Of a stretch of 64,000 nt of DNA, positions 11,948 through 25,800 are shown piece after piece (position 1 is the stretch's first letter; each line of letters starts with the position of its first letter). Origin of the DNA: Schizochytrium sp. TIO01 (lineage: Eukaryota; Protista; Bigyra: Labyrinthulomycetes); assembly GCA_004764695.1 (NCBI GenBank), contig SMSO01000031.1, positions 5,810,761 to 5,874,760 of the forward strand. Direction: 5' to 3'. The notes below the pieces were generated by a model, which made no database searches, was not told the origin of the DNA, and was given only the letters and a program-made list of their open reading frames with translations. The position numbers and the translations under genes are program-made.

Positions 11948-14275
11948 ATCAGCTGTCCCAACCTTTTGCTCCTCAATCGACCTAGCCAACACAAATCAGT
12001 CTTTGCTACGTTAAGCCCAATCAAGTTCTGCTGGGCATACACCTCTAAATCTTCAGCCTCTGTAGTATATCTTCAAGCCTCGAGATTTGATTTTGATCAC
12101 AGAGTTCTGCTCTTATCCTCTTTCAAGTTCTTTCAAGTGATGCTCCGCATTGCGTATTTTATTCCTGTGGCGTATTAAAAAATCTACTTCTATCATATCA
12201 CATAGCCAAGCTCTATAACTGGCATATTTTAGAGACATGGAAAGAAGCAAAGAACTCGGAGAGAAAGGTCACAGGGGACATGCGGGAAATCAAATGCATC
12301 CTTATATCCTAAACTATAGTAGTTACTAACATCTGTGCGAGGCCTAGCCTTTCCTGAGGAACTCCAAAATCCTGCACGCAAACGAAGCGCACCAAGTAGA
12401 AGGTGATCCAAACACTCGTGTCGAGGCCGCCTAAAAGGTTGAGAATGAGGTCTCTGCAGGCTAAAGCTCGGCACTGACTACGTTCGAGGGTCTTCTTGCG
12501 TAGAAATAGACAATTCTTTGGAACCCAGCTCCTGAGAGACGAAGATGCAACAGGCGTTTCTGGGGAGGAAGTCTCATGATGTAAACGAGATAAAATGTGT
12601 ATTAGTATGCTATTTATACATCGGCGTTGCGAGGGTTTGGCGGCCATGAAACCACTCTTCTTGCTGCTTTCTGTGGTGGAAAACGCGAGGGTTAATGGAA
12701 TTGTTTTGTGCAAGGTGTCAATGCCCGGTAGCTTTGGCTAGATGCAGGCGTTGGTTTACTCATTTGTAGGAGAGATGGTTCTCACTTGTGGCGAAAGATG
12801 CGGCAAAATTGAAGGTTTCGCATTTATAAATGAACGAGGTCGCGAAAGACCACATCGGAAAGAGAGCGCACGCAGAATGGACGCTTCAAGATGTTCGATT
12901 TTCAAGGTGGGGAAAACGCGAAGCGCATCATGATGGCAGGAAGAAACCTTGTTGCAGCCGGAGGGACCAGGATGCTTTTTTGAAGAAATGTATGCATTTG
13001 CGTGCGAGGAGTGTTGATTATCTTCTTCTTCTCCTTTTGCTGGTTTTGCTTGCTGAGGCGACAGGAGCCTTCGCATTGGAGGCAACCTGAAGCGAGGCAC
13101 ACTCAGTTAACCAATTAGCCTTCAATTGTCGGGAATACTGGGATATGTGTAGCTCAAGGGAATTGGCAACTTGGTCCAACGTGAAAAACAGAGCTTACCT
13201 ATAAGAGGTCAGTTGTTGAAACAACCCCCATGTGTATGTCTTTTGCGCAACATTCATCGGAAAGTGGAAAAAGTCTTGCGATACATGACACCACGCTCAA
13301 CAAGGCAGGGTCCTCCAACAATCTCCGTCTCTTAGAGCCCAGCAAAATTTCAAAGAATGCAGTGCTTCAAATTCGAAGAATGCAGTGCTTCTTGCTCTGC
13401 CTCCTTCTGTTTTGGTGTGTGAGTCAGAGCCTTAGAAGTTCGAAGATGATCGTTCTATTCAATGCCTAAGGTTATGCAGCACCCTTCGCCCAATTAATTG
13501 TACAAATAGCGAAAGACACTTGCGCAACCCAAAATCTATCCATAGAAAAAAGAAAGGCTGTAGGCTCTGGACCATCGCCAAGATTCCACTGCTCAATGGC
13601 GTGAATTGCTTATCTAATGGCAGATGTCCTTCACCGTCTGCAAAGCTAAGAACTGGTATATTTCTGCCACTGCGCCGTTTATACGACTACCCAGATCTTA
13701 ATTACTATGGTAACTCCAGCATATGTATGGAGTGATAACCCTATCAACTTTAAATCCTAAAAGTTTCTGCTAGGACTCCTGAGTTTCATTGGTTGTTCTT
13801 CTTGCTCCATAGTAGGAAATCGGAAATCCTCAAGGTATCGCGCATTTCACTTGCAGAGGTCATATTCGCAGCAGTTTCCCGCGCATACCCGACCCTTCAA
13901 TGGCAAGAACCTCTCTCGTTCACTCCATGATTTCCACTTATCCTGCAACGTTATCCACATAATCCAGACTACCAAGCCAAAGCCCAGAACTACCTCAAGC
14001 CTACATTCAAAGTCACGGTGCTTCAAAATGCCTCAACCACCACCACCACAAACTCAGTCTCCCAAACAACCGCGGTACACACCTGCGGAGCACACCACGA
14101 CTCTTCGAGGTGCCCTCCGACCTTGCGGACACCTTGCGCACTTATTCTTTTGAACGTTCCCTTTTTTAGAACGGGCTTGCGCTTCCACCCACTGTGCTAA
14201 TAGCCCCTTTACACGTTCCTTTCAGTTCTTGAATAGCATACAATATGTATTTTAAAGGGCTTAATCCGGCAGGGG

Positions 14276-14470
14276 TACCGTGCACGGTAGCCGGTGCCTC
14301 CGAGCGGCCTTAAGCAGGGGTAGGGTTAGGGCACGAGACTGTGAGATTAAGGAGGGAGCCAGAGGCACTTAAGGTGGGTGTCTCAGAGAGAGTCTTGGGG
14401 CGCCAAAGCAGTGGCGAGGAGCAGAAGCAGTTCAAGACGGACGAGAAGGACCTCTTCGTTTTCTCTCATC
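14276..14470 (+). promoter_or_regulatory. Putative promoter/5' end of the ubiquitin-eS30 gene (palindrome, TAGGGTTAGGG, TOP-like pyrimidine tract)
   Basis: Perfect 14-bp palindrome TACCGTGCACGGTA (14276-14289), TAGGGTTAGGG (14321-14331) and CCTCTTCGTTTTCTCTC (14451-14467) just before ATG 14478. Confidence 0.45.
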
Positions 14471-14477
14471 GCGCAAG

Positions 14478-15670
<1,193 letters not shown>

Positions 15671-16608
15671 ATAAACTTGACTTTGTGGAATTCATCCCTT
15701 TTTCTTTTATTAAGTACATCGTTGATTTCACTCTGTCCAGGGTTGAGATGTTGTTATCCCCCGAGTTCTTGCTATCCTTCAGCTTCTAGCTCAAATATTA
15801 TTCTCTTCATGAAAGTAGCTAACATCGGCCTTTCTTGATGAGGGAACATTGAAGTACCTTCTCGTCCTCCCTAAATTTTGAGACAATATCCTTCTTCCCC
15901 CCCGCCCTCTCCCAATTACTTTGTCCCAAGTGCACATGTCTTGATAACACGGCAAGGGAATCTCTCTACTAATAAATGCCTAAGGCCATACAATATTTTC
16001 CAGTGCTTCTTTCTAGCTTGAGACGGAGTGACAGTGGGTGTTGCTCAGCAGTAACTTGGTTTAATTTTTAATTTTATTTTTCTAGATGAGAAAGACGTCG
16101 TTATTCTTAGGTTGTTGCGCATACTTCTGAAGCTAATTAGTTTAAGTTCATATGAAAATCATTTGTCATATGTACATGGTTGTGAATGATCATTTAATTT
16201 GCTTCGTCTGGCGAAACACCTCCTGAACCCTTTAACTAGACAATACTATCGGTTTTTATGAATGGCGCAATTTTTTTTCTCTATGCTCTCATCAGGTAGC
16301 TGGCCAATAACAATTCTTCAACGTTGAGGAAAATTACCCATACTGCCAGATGACCTCGAGTAGAGTAAAAAAGGCTGGTTAAATTGAGAATTTCTTGCCT
16401 ATCGGTGGTTTTACTAAAGATTTTATTAAGAAAAGATATTAACAAAAGAACAAGTATTCGCAGGCATACGAAAAACCATAAAATTCGATGCAGTTTTTCA
16501 AGGGAGTAATCGAAGTGATTTCGAAATTGCAGTTGCTAACGAAGACGCAGAAAGAAAATGAAAGCCAAGGAAAAAAAAAAAAAGGGAAGTAATGCGTAAG
16601 GGGAAAAT

Positions 16609-17784
16609 TTATTGGAACAGTTCGGGAGTTTCACCTTCAATAAACACAAGCGTCTTGTCGACGTTTTCAGTCCATTGCTGCAGCTTGTCGCGGAGTGTCT
16701 CCATTTGCATAGGATCCAGAACACGAGGCTTGAGCCAGGTAATCTGAACAGTCTGGTCGATTTGGTCAATCGTACCCTTGATAAGACCCTTGGACATGCC
16801 CTTCATGAGAAGCCATTCCACCTGGTCATCCTCTAAACGCGTGGCGTAAGCAATGTCCTTAAGAGGAATAAGACGATCCTCGGGTGGTCGAACAAAGATG
16901 GTTTGCATGAGGCAAAGAAGAGCGATTTTTTGACGGAGCAACTCTAGGTTTCCAACGAGTACAGGCTGCACCTCTACGGCGCTCTTGTTTGCGGCCATGA
17001 TTTCAGAAAACTGCTCGATGTCTCCTGCAGAAAAGGCTTCGAGCAGATGGTGCAACCATGCAGAATTTGTGCTATCGAGGACACGAAGGACAGGCTGCGC
17101 AAGGACCTCACCAAAGTTAAACACAGTCTCTCCAACGAGTGCAGCCAAACTCATATCTACAGCAAGGTTCTGCTGCGTTTCCTTGTCCAGGGTCTCCTGA
17201 GGAGTGTAGGCGAGGAATTGGATGCAGCTCTTGTAGAAATCATCGGCCGGGCCCGCCACCTTGTAGTATTCACAAGAGACGCGGTAGAAGCTAGAGTTCA
17301 CCACCGTCTCTGCTCCAGAGCCCTCAAGCTCCTTGAGGACCGGCTGCGCATCATCGAGGATCTTCCGTGCTCGCTTCAGCTCCTCCGAAAGGCCAGTTTG
17401 GACCAAAAGTTCGGCAATAGACATTTGGGCCACCAGGTAAGCATCTTCGCCAAGACGAGCACGCTTATCACATAGGAACTCCATGAATCCAACAGCATCG
17501 CCAACTTCTTTCTCAGAAGGATGCTCAGACGGGCAGTATTGGCGAGCAATCACAGAAGCAATCTGGATAAACTTGAGCTGGTTCATTTTGCCTTCGAATT
17601 TGCTGATAAAGTTCTCGTACAACTCAATTAAGTTGTGGCCTCTGTTGAACTCTTTCATGCTCACAAGGTTGCTCAGCTCCTCGGTGAGCTGGTGCCACAG
17701 CTTGGCACGGTACAGATCGCCAAGGCGCTGGTAGTACTCACTGAGGTCTTCATACTTTCTGGATTCCTTGTCAAGAAAGTCCAT
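16609..17784 (-). CDS. PSMD13: 26S proteasome lid subunit Rpn9/PSMD13 (PCI domain)
   Basis: 391 aa with 'LYRAKLWHQLT', 'LYENFISKFEGKMNQLK', 'FNFGEVL', 'LRQKIALLCLM', 'VEWLLMKGMSKGLIKGTIDQID...WLKPRVL'. Confidence 0.96.
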   Translation of the reverse strand: MDFLDKESRKYEDLSEYYQRLGDLYRAKLWHQLTEELSNLVSMKEFNRGHNLIELYENFISKFEGKMNQLKFIQIASVIARQYCPSEHPSEKEVGDAVGFMEFLCDKRARLGEDAYLVAQMSIAELLVQTGLSEELKRARKILDDAQPVLKELEGSGAETVVNSSFYRVSCEYYKVAGPADDFYKSCIQFLAYTPQETLDKETQQNLAVDMSLAALVGETVFNFGEVLAQPVLRVLDSTNSAWLHHLLEAFSAGDIEQFSEIMAANKSAVEVQPVLVGNLELLRQKIALLCLMQTIFVRPPEDRLIPLKDIAYATRLEDDQVEWLLMKGMSKGLIKGTIDQIDQTVQITWLKPRVLDPMQMETLRDKLQQWTENVDKTLVFIEGETPELFQ

Positions 17785-18516
17785 TGTGATGGTCTAGAAT
17801 TTAACACTTTCAACTAATCTACTCCAGATAATCCCCCAAAGAGATTGTTCGCGTTTGGCTTGGTTTGGATTTGTTTTTCCCGCTTCAAGGAAAACCCGCC
17901 GTTGACGAGCTCGTGCAACGATGAATCAACTAACGATAGCAAACCGGAGGCCTTCAAGATAGACGTTGCCTCGCAAGCTAGAGTCCAAGACGCGCACGGT
18001 GCTCAATAAAGAGCTCGCACGCAAACCGGTTTCGCGCGAGCTTCAATCACCGCCGCGGCGAAGATGGAGATCTATCTCTTATTCTGTCTCTCTTTGTCCG
18101 CTTTATCTGCTGTATCTATGGGTCTTCTTCTGCTTCTTCTTCGTCTCCTAAGGGAAAGAGCGAAGCTTCGCAGAGGGGGAAATATGTTCTCTCAGTTACT
18201 ATCTTCCTGTACATGAAATGGGTAAATTCAAAGCCCCCCTCTTACTAGATACAATAAGACTATATCGTTCATATCCCTACATAATACTTTTTGGCTTTTG
18301 AATCGACGAGTATTGTTCCTATTAATTAAAGGAGAAGTAGCAGAGTCTTCAAAAAAGATACCGCAACGTCACGTGCACACCAAGCAGAAAGAAGAGCAAG
18401 CAAACCCGCAATCTGTGCAACATGATTTGATTTGAGTTGGGGTAGGAGCAATGTCGCGTATTGCATCTTTCGTACCAGCGTACGAGGCGTTGTGCAAGTA
18501 CGAGCTTCTCACTTAG

Positions 18517-19495
18517 ATGCTAATAACACTTTGGAATCTGGACGCACTCTCTGAGCAACAATCTATAGGGGCCTCAACACAGGCCCAAAAAGGTACACCT
18601 TGGAGTTACGTCGAGTCCGAGGCTGTGAGCAGTTCCGTCCAACGCCTAACGCCTCTAGATGCCAAACCACCTACAGCTAGCGCTCAGACAAAGTTTAACC
18701 TGGAACCTACTGAGGTGAAAATTTGGGATTCCTTCGACGATGATTTGAGGATGGAAGAAATGACGATAGGAGGTGAGGATCTCCTCAACGGAGTAGCAGC
18801 TGATATTCTTTTCATGCCGTTGAAAACACATCTCAGCAGTGCTCAACCGAATGAGCAATTTTGTGCAGATTCAATGAGCACCCATTTCGTTAGTCCATTC
18901 TTACACAAGGTTGTTCGTGAAAACGAGGAAGTCGTCAAGTATGGTGTGGAATTTTTCACTGAAGACACGCATGGTGGTTTTCGAGCAGATTGGGCTATAG
19001 GTAGAAAGGCTAAGCAAGCAAGACGATCCCAACGATAACATAGACGTGCACTGTGGCATGCCAGCCACGAGCCCTGGAGATGTACGCGCTATAATTGTGC
19101 ACGAACACAAAGTTGCTGCTGAATTTCCCAACTCCGTCAAACGAGATACTCTGGTTAAGTATTCTATGAAAACTGTCCTTGATGAAATCATTGATTTCAC
19201 AGAGGCCCTCGACGAAGAAATCAGTTATCATGTGCATGATAACCTAAAGGAATATTGGTACCACTTCAATGAAGACGAATACACGGCATCTGAAAGTAGA
19301 GACTTCAGGTCGTCTATTCTTCAGGTATATGTGTACATGCGTAGCATGTACGTCCGCTACGGTATCTTGAGTACCACTGACCGCGCTTGGTTTATGGAAC
19401 TGAACCCAGACAACACATTGCATTTTTCACGGGTACTTCCCGGAACTTCCATCGAGAAAGATTCTGCAAGCTTGCCTATGCTGTTTTTGTTGTGA
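18517..19495 (+). CDS. Putative PD-(D/E)xK restriction-endonuclease-fold protein (Crinkler/fungal-kinase-associated REase-like); exons 18517-19000 and 19044-19495
   Basis: Two track ORFs are joined in frame by a 43-nt GT-AG intron (19001-19043), giving 311 aa. Motifs: RADW...IIVHEHK...LQVYVYM...YGILST...WF...LHFS. The 5' start is uncertain. Confidence 0.65.
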
Positions 19496-19836
19496 ACTTC
19501 CAGATTGTAATTGCAAATATACTAGAATGCACTTCTTTTCGCCGCCCTCGTACAAAAAAAGACTTTTGCATTTCTTTCTAAGCAGCACCAAATGAGGAAT
19601 GCAGACTTTCCAAGCCGAGTGTTTGAAAGTTAATTTTGTATTATTGGTTTATTATACCTAGTTAACTAAATTTTAAATTAAGTCAAGAGGTGAATTCAAA
19701 AACCTCACCGAAAATTATATGCAGACACATTCCCGCGTGAGGTTTTACACAGACAGACTGTATAAGCTGTCTTTGACACCCTCGCGGGTCGATCATAATC
19801 GCAGCATCAGACGCAATAACTTTCCAGTAACAAATC

Positions 19837-22800
19837 TTAAAGAGTCGATCTTGCTCCCTGGTGCTCAAGGTTCTCACCTGCAAGGCTTTCGACATTCTGG
19901 AAAGTCTGAGCATTTTTGGATACTTGCGACGACTTTGGCATTTGCATCTTCGAGTTTGAATCTCGCAAAGGCTGACGGCAGTCCTTTGCCTGCTCATTAA
20001 CGAAGCTGGCTTGATTCTCTTGATCTGGGAAATGCTGTCGAGGAGCTTTCACTTTCTTCATCTGAGCACGTAGATTCGCAGCTTCTTCTTCGCTGTGTTG
20101 GGCTACAGTGGTTGAGATGAAAAGCTCCATCCAACTTTCGACCATCTTGGCTAGGTTTGCGTTGGTTTCTTGAAGCTGGCTGTTATTGTTTACAAGGACT
20201 TCGTGCGCTTGTGTTAGAATGTAGTTCTGATGCTCAAGCATAGCTGCTCTTTCCTGCTCCCGACGAAGCTGCTCTTTCAAAGCAAACGCAAACTCAAGTA
20301 CTTCACCTGTTTCCGCTGCAATTGCACCAAGAACATCGTCGTTTTCGTTGTCCTTCTGATGCCCCGTGGCAGATGCCATCTTACTAGCAGACCCCTGACT
20401 GGTATTTTGAGGGCTCTTTGTAGAGGATGCAGTGCATTCTGTAGAATCTAAATGCTGATCATCATCTGGCGATGTTAGTTGGTGTGCTGCAGCAAGTTCA
20501 TCTGCCGCGTCAAGTAAAGCCTCGTCTCTTGCATCAGAAGCTGCATTAAGCTCGGGGATAAGATGCTCACGTAGGTGATTGTCATGTTTCTCAAGAGCTG
20601 TGGCAGATTCAGTCTTTCGTAAGGCAACCTCATTTCTAGAGTTTCGAGAGTCCTTGGGTTTCTCGGATTTCCCAGAAAGTCCCGAAACTGCGTCTACCTT
20701 GGAATTTGAATTAGGGCTTGCCATGACAGGGTGCTGAGCATCATCCAGTGAGACACGATCTAAGTTAGCTTCGGTGTCGGCAAAGTCCTTAGGTGTACAT
20801 TCCCCATTGGGCTCCTCTTTGCTTCTCAAAGGTTTGAGAACTGTTTTAGTTGAATCCTCAGCTACAGTGGCACTAGTGGCCTCAAGCTCGTGAGATTTTG
20901 CAGAGTCCTCAGAAGATGGTTCTGAATAAGCAGGCAAAGGTGAAGCGAGGCCACCTGGTGATGTATCAGGATGACCATATTTTCGTGAGCTTGAACGCCC
21001 ATGCCTGCGTGAGTCGCCCCGCAAGCCACTATAGGGTGCGTCACGTGTGTTACGCATATGTTTTCGGGTAGAGGTTCTTTGGGGAGTCTTCAGACCTTTA
21101 GATGAGTTTTCTTTGTCTGTCGGACTTGCGGCCCATGCTGCTCTGTGATACGTGTCCACTGCCTGTTCAAGGGCACAGATGCGAATTTTCTGATTCTTTA
21201 CTTCGCATTCACGCTGGCTAAGCTCATCCTTTAGATTCTCAACCTGACCATTAAGCTGCTTCGCCTCTTCCTTTTTATTATCGTACCACTTGCGCATTGC
21301 AGAGTGACGTTTGTTGAGGTCCTTCAGCTTTGACTCGAGTTCCTGGTTTCTCTTGATCATTGTATCTAAAATTTCGTCGTTCGTTGTAAGTGGTGGGGAG
21401 TTAGTGGTCAAGAAAATTGGCTCTGAATCCGAATCCATCTCATCCTTACACTCTTGAAGAATTTTGTTGAACTGAGCGCGATGACTTTCTTCCACATTAG
21501 CTGCGTTTTCCAATACCCGGTCGGGGGAGTTTGATACGAAATGATCTAGCTGTTGCTCTAAATGAGCGACCTGATCCCGTAGAATAGATATTTCATCATT
21601 GCACTCGTGAATCTCTTTTTGGTGCTGTTGTGTGGTTACAAAGCCTGCAGGGGGAGACCCTTGTTTTCCCTCGCTGCTACGATGGGCTTGACTGATATAG
21701 GTTCTGCTAGATCCAGATGCCAGAGACTTGGGAACAACAAGAAAACTCTTCCTAGGAGTTTTGCGCCTTGTATTGACGGTAGAGGAGCTGCTCTTCCGTT
21801 CAACAGTCGTTTCTTGTTCACATGTTGACTCAGAAGAGTCCCTCCCAACATGGTGCTTGATGGAACTCTTTTCTTGAGTGAAATGTGTTGAACCCTTTTC
21901 GACGTTTAAGGATCTTGCTGTGCATGTCTGTGATCCAGTCTTGTCGACTTTGGTATCTTCGTCAACAATCGTACGGTTCGCATGATTCTTTGTTACATCA
22001 GCACTTGCTGCAGGCCTAGGACTGTTGAATGAAACTTCAGCCTTGGAATTCTTGGTCAAGCCCGTAGTGTCGACAGAACACTTTACGGACTTAATAATTG
22101 TCTTAAGCGTAGATTTGGAGGCTGTGGCTTTGGTCTGTACGATCATGGTGTCCTTATTCGAGTTTTCTACAGAAATAGTGGAACCTTTTGTGGATTCACC
22201 ATGTAGCTTAGACGGAAGTTTGGCGACTTCTACTTCAGTCTTGGGATTGCTGTTAGGTTCGACCGCGTTCTCAGAGCTGGCAGGACTCTTCGCGGACTCA
22301 ATATGCGGCTCGACCGTAAGCTTGGCGACTGCTATGTCAGATTTGGGACTAGAGATAGCGTCGGCCGAGTTCACAGAGCTGGCAAGGCCCTTGGAAGACT
22401 CAGCATGTGGCTTAGCCGTAAGCTTGGCAACGTCTACATCAGTCTTTGGGCTGTTGCTGGCCTTGGCCATGTCCTCAGAGCTGGCACGACTCTTGGTGGA
22501 CTCAACATGCAGCTCATTCGCAAACTGGGCAACTGCTACGGTAGACTTTGTACTCTTGCTAACATTGGACAAGTTTACAGAACTTGCCGAAGTCTTGCCA
22601 GATACCACATGTGGCTTAACAGTAAGATTGGCGACTGCTGCGTCGGACTTGAGGCTATGGCTAGCCTTGGCCAAGTTAACAGAGCTGACATGGCTCTTAG
22701 GAGACTCTACATATGGCTTACTCGTAAGCTTGTCGACTTCTACGGCAGTCTTTGAGCTGTTGCAAGCCTTAGAGCTGGCAAGACTCTTTGAGGACTCGAT

Positions 22801-25800
22801 ATCCGGCTCCACTGTAAGCTTGGCGACTGCTTCGGTAGACGTTGGGCTGTTGCCAGCCTTGGGCAAGTTCATAAAGCTTCCTGAAGTCTTGACAGACTCC
22901 ACATGTGGTTTAGCCGTAAGCTTGTGGGCTTCTACATCAGTCTTGGGGCTATTGTTAGCCATATTCAAGTTTACAGAGCTTATAGAACCCTTGGCTGACA
23001 CAGCATGTTCTGGCACGGTACGCTTGGCAACTTCTGCGGCAATGTTGGAGCTCTTGCTGGTTTTGGTCAAGTCCGCAGGGCTGGCAGGGTCCTTGGCGGA
23101 CTCGACGCGTGGCTTAGCCGTAGGCTTGGTGACGTTTGCGGCAGTGCTGGAGCTCTTGCTGGTCTTCGTCAAGTCCACAGGGCTGGCAGGATCCTTGGCG
23201 GATCCAACGCGTGGCTCAGCGGCAAGCTTGGCAACTTCTGCGGCAATGTTGGAGCTCTTGCTGGTCTTAGGCAAGTCCGCAGGGCTGGCAGGACCCTTGG
23301 CAGACTCGACGCGTGGCTCAGCGACAAGCTTGGCGACTTCTGTAACAATGTTGGAGCCGCTGGTAATATTGTCCAAGTCCGTAAGGCTGGCAGGACCCTT
23401 GGCAGACTCAACGCGTGGCTCAGCGGCAAGCTTGGCAACTTCTGCGGCAGTGTTGGAGCTCTGGCAGGTCTTGGGCAAGTCCGCAGGGCTGGCAGGACCC
23501 TTGGCGGACTCAACGCGTGGCTCAGCGGTAAGCTTGGCGACTTCTGTAACAATGTTGGAGCTGCTGGTAATATTGTCCAAGTCCGTAAGGCTGGCAGGAC
23601 CCTTGGCAGACTCAACGCGTGGCTCAGCGGCAAGCTTGGCAACTTCTGCGGCAGTGTTGGAGCTCTGGCTGGTCTTGGGCAAGTCCGCAGGGCTAGCAGG
23701 ACCCTTGGCGGACTCAGCGCGTGTCTTAGTGGTAAGCTTGGCAACTTCTGCGGCAGTGTTGGAGCTCTTGCTAGTCTTGGTCAAGTCCGCAGGGCTGACA
23801 GGACCCTTGGTGGACTCGACGCGTGGCTCAGCGGTAAGCTTTTCACCTTCTGCGGCAATGTTGGAGCGCTTGCTAGTCTTGGCCACAGAGCTATGAAGAT
23901 CCCTCGTAAACTTAGTTCGTGACGGAAGTTCAAGTAAAGGGAATCGAGGAAGGGTCTTGATTAAGCGCCTAGGGCTGGTAGCGCCCTCAGCGGACTCACC
24001 GCGTGGCTCCGCTGTAAGTTTGGCAACTTGTTCGGAAGTGTTGGAGCTCTTGCTGGTCTTGGGCAAGTCTGCAGGGCTGACAGGACCCTTGGCGGACTCG
24101 CCACGTGGATCAGTTGTAAGCTTGGCAACTTCTGTGGCATCGTTGGAGCTCTTGCTGATCTTGGCCAAGTCCGCAGGGCTGGCAGGACCCTTGGCGGACT
24201 CGACGCGTGGCTCAGTGGTAAGCTTGGCAACTTCTGCGGCAATGTTGGAGCTCTTGCTTATTTTGGACAAGTCCGCAGGGTTGGCAGACCCCTTGGCGGA
24301 CTCGACGCGTGGCTCAGCGGCAAGCTTGGCAACTTCTGCAGCAATGTTGGAGCTCTTGTTGGTCTTGGGCAAGTCCGCAGGGCTGGCAGGGCCCTTGGCG
24401 GACTCAACGCGTGGCTCAGTGGTAAGCTTGGCAATGTTTTCGGCAGTGTTGGAGCTCTTGCTAATCTTGGGCAAGTCCGCAGGGCTGGCAGGACCCTTGG
24501 CGGACTCGACGTGTGGCTCAATGGTACGCTTGACAATTTCTGCGGCATTGCTAGAGCTCTTGCTAATCTTGGTCAAGTCTGCAGGGCTGGCAGGACCCTT
24601 GGCGGACTCAACACGTGGCTCAGTGGTAAGCTTGGCAACTTCTGCGGTAATGTTGGAGCTCTTGCTGATCTTGGACAAGTCCGCAGGGTCGGCAGAGCCC
24701 TTGGCGGACTCAACGCGTGGCTCAGCGGCAAGCTTGGCAACTTCTGCAGCAATGTCGGAGCTCTTGCTAGTCTTCGCCAAGTCTGTAAGGCTGGCAGAGC
24801 CCTTGGCAGACTCCACGCGTGGCTCAGTGGTAAGCTTGGCAACTTCTGCGGCAATGTTGGAGCTCTTGCTAATTTTGGACAAGTCCGCAGGGTTGGCAGA
24901 GCCCTTGGCGGACTCGACGCGTGGCTCAGCAGCAAGCTTGGCAGCTCCTGCAGCAATGTTGGAGCTCTTGCTAGTCTTCGCCAAGTCTGTAAGGCTGGCG
25001 CGACCCATGGCGGACTCAACGCGTGGCTCAGTGGTAAGCTTGGCAATGTTTTCGGCAGTGTTGGAGCTCTTGCTAGTCTTGGGCAAGTCCACAGGGCTGG
25101 CGCGACCCATGGCGGACTCAGCGCGTGACTCAGCGGTAAGCTGGGCAACTTCTGCGACAGTGTTGGAGCTCTTGCTGATCTTGGTCAAGTCCGCAGGGCT
25201 GGCAGGACCCTTGGTGGACTCGACGCGTGACTCAGCGGCAAGCTTGGCAACCTCCTCGGCAGTGTTTGAGCTCTTGCTAATCTTGGGCAAGTCCGTAAGG
25301 CTGGCAGGACCCTTGGTGGACTCAACGTGTGGCTTAGCCGTGAGCTTGACAATTTCTGCGGCAATGTTGGAGCTCTGGCTGGTCTTCGCCAAGTCTGTAA
25401 GGTTGGCAGGACCCTTGGTGGACTCAACGCGTGGATCAGTTGTAAGCTTGGAAAAATTTGCGGCACTATTGGAGCACTTGCTCGTTTTGGCTAAGTCCGC
25501 AGGACTGACAGGACCCTTTGTGGACTCGACGCGTGGCTCAGCCGTAGGCTTGGCAACATCTGCGGTAGTGTTGGAGCTCTTGCTAGTCTTGTCCAAGTCC
25601 GCAGGGCTGGCAGAACCCTTGGCGGACTCAACGCGTGGATCAGCGGTAGGCTTGGCAACATTTGCGGCAGTGTAGGAGCTCTTGCTAATCTTGTCCAAGT
25701 CCGTAGGGCCGATAGGACCCTTGGCGGACTCGACGCGTGGCTTAGCCGTAGGCTTGGCAAAATTTGTGGCACTGTTGGAGCATTTGCTGGTTTTGGCTAA

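Noticed and set aside
12229-13470. Cluster of 60-134 aa ORFs on both strands
   Set aside because: No motifs and no consistent frame; treated as intergenic or UTR.
19732-19788. Hairpin downstream of the TGA-ending nuclease-like gene, considered as a SECIS
   Set aside because: Only short stems (about 9 and 6 bp). The UGA/GA quartet and apical AA are not correctly placed.
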